The notes below the pieces were generated by a model. It was given only the letters and a program-made list of their open reading frames with translations. It did no database searches and had not been told where the DNA came from. DNA of 41,227 bases from contig JALWZW010000050.1 in assembly GCA_026992595.1 (NCBI GenBank), positions 1 to 41,227 on the forward strand, read 5' to 3'. This document shows, in pieces, positions 36,802 through 41,227 of the stretch. Both the position numbers and the translations under genes were made by a program. Each line of letters starts with the position of its first letter. Within the stretch, counting starts at the first letter, position 1. Source of the DNA: Candidatus Micrarchaeota archaeon (lineage in GTDB: Archaea; Micrarchaeota; Micrarchaeia; Anstonellales; Bilamarchaeaceae).

Positions 36802-37709
36802 ACTCTCTCTAACCATTTTTCATATTTGCGCACTTTACCGCTCACCACATCAAAGAAGCGCTTTTGAAGTTTTTTGGTTATTGTTCCCGGCTTCCCGTCC
36901 CCTATTTTAATTCCATCTATATTTATTACGGGCGTTATTTCTGCTGCCGTTCCTGTTAAAAACACCTCTTCCGCTATATAAAGGTCATCTCTTAAAAGCG
37001 GCCGTTCTCTCACCTCATAACCTAAATCGCGCGCTATGGTTATAACACTGTCCCTTGTTATTCCTTCCAATATGCTTTCATGCACTGGCGGGGTGACCAA
37101 TGCACCATCTAGCACTAAAAATATGTTTTCACCAGAACCTTCCGCCACCCGCCCCCATTCGTTAAGCATAATCGCCTCATCAAACCCGCATTCCCGCGCC
37201 TCTTTTTTAGCAAGCGCTGATGTTAGATAGTTGGCGCTTGCTTTTACATGGGGGCAAAGAAAGCTGTTGTTCATACGCGTCCATGTTGAAACTTTGCATT
37301 TTATACCTGTTTTTATTTTTTCTCCAAAATATTTGCCAAAGGGGACTGGTATAATAGCGCAATGGTATTTTGCCCCTACTATATCCAACCCAATTCCCTT
37401 AAACCCTACAAAACAGAGCGGCCTTATGTAGCATGCCTTTGCTTTATTTGCCTTTAGCACCTTTTTTGTGGCGTTTATTAAATCTTTTAAAGAATATTTA
37501 ATCTCAAAGCCGTAGGTTTTAATGCCGTTAAGGAACCTTTTATAGTGGTCGGTCATTCTGAAGACCGCTAACCCTTTTTTTGTTTGATAGGTGCGCATTC
37601 CTTCAAAAATGGCTGTGGCATAATGAAGCGCATGCGTTAATATTGGCTGCTTCGCCTTCTCCCATTCCACCACTTTGCCGTCAAGCCACACCTTCTCATA
37701 ATACTTCAT
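36798..37709 (-). CDS. ilvE: Branched-chain amino acid aminotransferase (class IV PLP)
   Basis: HALHYATAIFEG, YIRP, KASANY, EGSGENIF, ILEGITR and EVFLTGTAAEITPV. Confidence 0.95.
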   Translation of the reverse strand: MKYYEKVWLDGKVVEWEKAKQPILTHALHYATAIFEGMRTYQTKKGLAVFRMTDHYKRFLNGIKTYGFEIKYSLKDLINATKKVLKANKAKACYIRPLCFVGFKGIGLDIVGAKYHCAIIPVPFGKYFGEKIKTGIKCKVSTWTRMNNSFLCPHVKASANYLTSALAKKEARECGFDEAIMLNEWGRVAEGSGENIFLVLDGALVTPPVHESILEGITRDSVITIARDLGYEVRERPLLRDDLYIAEEVFLTGTAAEITPVINIDGIKIGDGKPGTITKKLQKRFFDVVSGKVRKYEKWLERV

Positions 37710-37793
37710 GTGCGTTTATTCTATGGTTAAAAATAAATAGATTATTTTAAGGTTACTATAAGGTTTAATTATTTTTCTTTCTTTTATTGTTTC

Positions 37794-38054
37794 ATGATCG
37801 TGATTGAAATTCTCTCTTCGGCTGAATGCGAAAATTGCTCTATCGCAAAGCGCGTTATTGAGGAGATGGTGAAGGGGATGGAGGATGTGGAGGTGAGAGA
37901 GATAAACATTATTAAAAATCCTGAATATGCGGCAAAATATCAGGTGATGGTCACTCCTGCCATTGTAATAAACGACAAACTTGAATTTAGCGGGGTTCCT
38001 GATGAAAAAAAGCTTTTAGAAAGGTTGGAAGAGATAAGGCGGGAAGATGGGTGA
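37794..38054 (+). CDS. Small thioredoxin-fold protein
   Basis: CENC motif, cis-Pro loop VMVTPAIVIN and F.GVP. Confidence 0.88.
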   Translation: MIVIEILSSAECENCSIAKRVIEEMVKGMEDVEVREINIIKNPEYAAKYQVMVTPAIVINDKLEFSGVPDEKKLLERLEEIRREDG

Positions 38055-39000
38055 GGAACGCGCTAAGATAGCGCTTGTGTTGTTAGCGTTTTTCCTATTC
38101 TCTTTAATTGTTATAGGCCTTTTATGGCTCTCTTCAGGAGAACATCCTCTCACTTTAGCGCTTGCTTATGCCGCAGGTTTAAGCATGATTTTTCTTCCCT
38201 GTACCCTTCCTTTAGCTTTTGTAATTGTGCCTCTAAGCAGTGGGAAAGGTTATAAAAAAGGTTTTTTAATGGCTTTATTATTTGGCTTAGGATTGTCCAT
38301 CACCCTCACCGCTTATGGGGTGGTGGTTGCTCTTTTAGGCGACTACTTAGGATTGGACAATTTTACGAGGGCGATGTTTTTTGCAGCAGGTATTTTCGCT
38401 TATCTTTTTGGCTTGAGCCAGTTAAATTTATTTAAATTGCATCTTCCGGACTTGCCTCTCCCCTCCTTCATAAATGAGCAGAGAGATTATGCCAAAGCTT
38501 TTCTTATGGGACTTCTTTTAGGCAATGCTGGGGTGGGGTGTCCCAACCCTGCTTTTTATGTGATGCTTCTTTATATTGCCACTACCGGCAGCGTAGTTGA
38601 AGGGGGTGCGTTAGGGTTTATTCATGGAGTGGGGCGTGCAACTCCCCTCATTTTCCTTTCCATTTTGGCCATATTGGGGGTTAATGCCACTAGTTGGCTT
38701 GTTGAAAAAAGAAAGGCAGTGGAGCGCTTTACCGGATGGGCGCTTTTGGTGGTAGGTGTGTTTATTTTTGCTATCGGTCTTTTTGGCATGTATTGGTGGG
38801 AAAAAAGCGTTTTTCATACTGCGTGGAATGAGGTTGCAGCTTCTTTATCTCCCTATTTAGGGGAAACTGAAAAGGCAGCACAGACTTTCAACATTGAGGC
38901 AAACCCCAGCACAGTGGAAAAATACTTCCCTCTTGCTCCTTGGCTCGTTATGTTGGTGTTGCTTCTTATGCCTTTACTTTGGGAGAGGTGTAAAAAATGA
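38047..39000 (+). CDS. CcdA/DsbD-type transmembrane electron transporter
   Basis: Polytopic, with two conserved Cys motifs AGLSMIFLPCTLP and GCPNP, plus G.G...PL. Confidence 0.85.
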   Translation: MGEERAKIALVLLAFFLFSLIVIGLLWLSSGEHPLTLALAYAAGLSMIFLPCTLPLAFVIVPLSSGKGYKKGFLMALLFGLGLSITLTAYGVVVALLGDYLGLDNFTRAMFFAAGIFAYLFGLSQLNLFKLHLPDLPLPSFINEQRDYAKAFLMGLLLGNAGVGCPNPAFYVMLLYIATTGSVVEGGALGFIHGVGRATPLIFLSILAILGVNATSWLVEKRKAVERFTGWALLVVGVFIFAIGLFGMYWWEKSVFHTAWNEVAASLSPYLGETEKAAQTFNIEANPSTVEKYFPLAPWLVMLVLLLMPLLWERCKK

Positions 39001-39428
39001 GGCCTTTGCTTCTGTTGTTGTTTTTCCCTCTACTCTTTGCCCATGTTGTGGAAAAAGAAAACTTTACTTTTTCAACCCCGCAAACCACTTTAACTATTTC
39101 CCACCAGCCTCGCTTTCCTGTAGTGGGTCAGGAGGTTGTTTTTAGGGTTATTACTGATATAAAGGGAGAGGTTATTTTTGAGATTCACAGCGCTGATTTT
39201 TCGCAGAAGATTGTTCCTTCTTACAACAACTCTTCTTATGTTGCTTCCTATACTTTTAAAGAACCAGGCAACTACTCTCTTCATCTGGTTATCGAGGGTG
39301 TGGAAGTTAATCCCAACTACTCTTTTGAGGTGGATGCTTTAGATTTCTGGGATTTTATGCAGATTTTTATTATAGTGATTTTCGTTGGCTTTTTAGGGTG
39401 GAATATTTACAGCGACTGTAAAAAATAA
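38997..39428 (+). CDS. Small secreted, membrane-anchored Ig-like protein
   Basis: Signal peptide, beta-rich core with YTFKEPGNY, and C-terminal TM helix. Confidence 0.7.
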   Translation: MRPLLLLLFFPLLFAHVVEKENFTFSTPQTTLTISHQPRFPVVGQEVVFRVITDIKGEVIFEIHSADFSQKIVPSYNNSSYVASYTFKEPGNYSLHLVIEGVEVNPNYSFEVDALDFWDFMQIFIIVIFVGFLGWNIYSDCKK

Positions 39429-39452
39429 ATACTTTATTTAAGAAAGAGAGAC

Positions 39453-40019
39453 ATGGACTTGGCATGGAATGATGAGAGGACCAGAAGGTTTGTTACTAAT
39501 GTGGGTCTTATCACTTCCCGCGGGCCGATAGGAGATAATGTGATGGCTGCCGAATGGACGCATCATATCTCCTACGCCCCTTCTCTAATGTCTGTCCATC
39601 TTTCGCTGAAGGATGCGACAGTGGAGAACATCCGCGCCACCAAAGTGTTTGGCATAAACCTCGCGGCAAGCGACCAAGCAACGCTGGTAAGCGTGGCAGG
39701 GAATAATAGCGGAAGAGAGGTGGATAAAATAGCGGCGCTAAAGGAGTTGGGCTTCTCTTTCTACCCTGCAAAAAAGATTGATTGCTTGATGGTAGAGGGT
39801 GCTGCCATGAATGCAGAGTGCGAGGTTTTAGAGGAAAAGCAGTTGGGCGACCACATTATGTTTGTGGGCAGGGTGGTTGAGATAAGCGCTGATGCTGAGA
39901 AAGAGCCGCTTGTCTATCACAACGGCAAGTTTTGGCATTTGGGCGAGCGCGTTTCCAAGCCGCCTGAACCAGAGTTGAAGCGGATAGAAGAAGTGGTGAG
40001 GAAGCATAAGCGGGGTTAA
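39453..40019 (+). CDS. Flavin reductase-like (FMN-binding split barrel) protein
   Basis: NVMAAEW...S.AP, T.ENI...F.IN, SGREVDK, EC.V and GDH.MFVG.V. Confidence 0.9.
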   Translation: MDLAWNDERTRRFVTNVGLITSRGPIGDNVMAAEWTHHISYAPSLMSVHLSLKDATVENIRATKVFGINLAASDQATLVSVAGNNSGREVDKIAALKELGFSFYPAKKIDCLMVEGAAMNAECEVLEEKQLGDHIMFVGRVVEISADAEKEPLVYHNGKFWHLGERVSKPPEPELKRIEEVVRKHKRG

Positions 40020-41055
40020 TCAATTTTTAGATGTTGTTTAAGAGGTCTCATAACTTTTTTCCTTATTATTTCTTCAATCTCGTTGATTAGTGTTATATTT
40101 ACTCTTTCTTCCTTTTCTTCTTTTTCTACTCTCTCCTCAACCTTTTTGCACACCATTTCAACTATTTGGTTTTTTTCTTTGTCTATTTTTGAATAATCTA
40201 GATGTTCCCATTCTGTGTGGGGAGAAGGTAGGTTGTAGGGGACTCTTTTAACATGGATAAATAGTTGGTTTTTATTGTTGTATTTTATAAGTGGCGTTCT
40301 AAAGGCTCTAAATACTGCTTCAAACTGTGAGCCGACCACCAGTGTGTCTTTTTCTTTTATATCCTCATATATTATGGAGTGGTATAATGCATATATAAGA
40401 CATGAACTTAGCTTTTTTTCTCTTTCTTTTATTGAAGAATTGTGTGGTTGAAGAGAGAAAGATATGATTTTTAATAAAGCAAGCGTGCTCAACCTGTGAT
40501 GTAGTATTCTTTCAATTTCAAAACATTCTGCACATCTTTTTAGTTCTTTTATATCTTTCTCCTCATCTCTTAATTCAATCTCTAAAATTTTTTCTCTGTT
40601 AGCAACATCTGCAAGATGGTGGGCAATTCTTTTTAATTTCCAATAATTTTGGTTAAAGGTTTTTGGAACATTTTCAAACTTTATTGTAGAAATCTGCCCG
40701 TAAACTCCTATGTTTATTTTTTCCTCCTCAATTCCTAAGAGATAAGGATAAAGGAGATATCTTATTACTCCTTTAAGGCTAACATAGCCACACCCTACTC
40801 CCACTGCGACCATTGTTTTGGCGTTTTTAGAACGGGAATTAGGTATTTTTAATTCTTGTCGTGTTTTTTCTTCAGTTTGAGTAATTTTTTTTAGGTGCGT
40901 CTTTAATTCCTCTATTTCTATTCTTGCGTTCAACTCTTCTTTAATTTTCTCTCTCTCTCTCTCTCACTCATTGTAAGGGCTCTTTTCAGAGTGTGCCGCA
41001 AAAGATGGATTTTTTTCCTCCTCATATTTTCTTTATATGGGAGGATTGTGGTCAT
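40016..41055 (-). pseudogene. AT-rich orphan gene interrupted by a microsatellite frameshift (main ORF 40016-40933)
   Basis: The ATG at 41055 reads 41 aa through (GA)9 and then stops. Removing one GA unit fuses it in frame to the 305-aa ORF, giving 345 aa. Confidence 0.6.
40948..40965. repeat. (TC)9 dinucleotide microsatellite
   Basis: TCTCTCTCTCTCTCTCTC read directly; I saw no other perfect dinucleotide run this long in the window. Confidence 0.92.
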
Positions 41056-41088
41056 ATTTTTATATATGTGTATTTCTGTTTTAAATAT
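41056..41088 (-). promoter_or_regulatory. Upstream element shared with 12647-12679
   Basis: 27/33 ungapped identity, at the same offset from the start codon. Confidence 0.6.
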
Positions 41089-41166
41089 TTTGCGTTTTTT
41101 CCTTTCTACATTTAAAACTTTCCACCAATCTGGAATATTTTTAAGTTTTGTTCCATTATTATTTTT

Positions 41167-41227
41167 ATGCTTTCCAAAAGCGAAATACTCAACTACTCGC
41201 CGCTTAACAGAGGGGAAAAGGAAGAGG
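41167..41227 (+). CDS. Start of a gene truncated by the right window edge
   Basis: The ATG follows a TTTTTAAG box and is open to the edge: MLSKSEILNYSPLNRGEKEE. Confidence 0.4.
   Translation, partial: MLSKSEILNYSPLNRGEKEE

Noticed and set aside
41167..41227. Possible AbiEii-like nucleotidyltransferase start at the right edge
   Set aside because: Only 20 codons are visible, which is insufficient to assign a family.

Overview
This is a gene-dense archaeal chromosome segment. Archaeal markers include class I LysRS, the archaeal uL3-uL4-uL23-uL2-uS19-uL22-uS3-uL29-aIF1-Rnp1 cluster, Sec61beta, a PAC2 chaperone and geranylgeranyl reductase. Short divergent ribosomal proteins and a tandem membrane-protein array suggest a DPANN archaeon, probably Micrarchaeota-like (inference). 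Housekeeping and metabolic genes include lysS, ribD, ppsA, a NagD-type HAD, a CDF transporter, a disulfide oxidoreductase, two-subunit ATP-citrate lyase, ilvE, Trx/CcdA and tRNA-Gly(GCC). The most striking feature is a 7.4-kb, translationally coupled operon of six paralogous polytopic membrane proteins (2203-9642). They share three motifs that recall CedA/VirB6-type DNA or protein transfer channels, and one carries a 32-Cys extracellular domain. The operon is bracketed by two paralogous TM + ankyrin-like orphan genes. Other notable signals: a 65-bp double-palindrome direct repeat flanking an archaeal AAA+ ATPase gene; a 33-nt upstream element shared by two distant AT-rich orphan genes; a (TC)9 microsatellite that frameshifts one of them; and a compact structured leader ahead of uL3. 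All functional calls come from motif recognition only; no searches were run.
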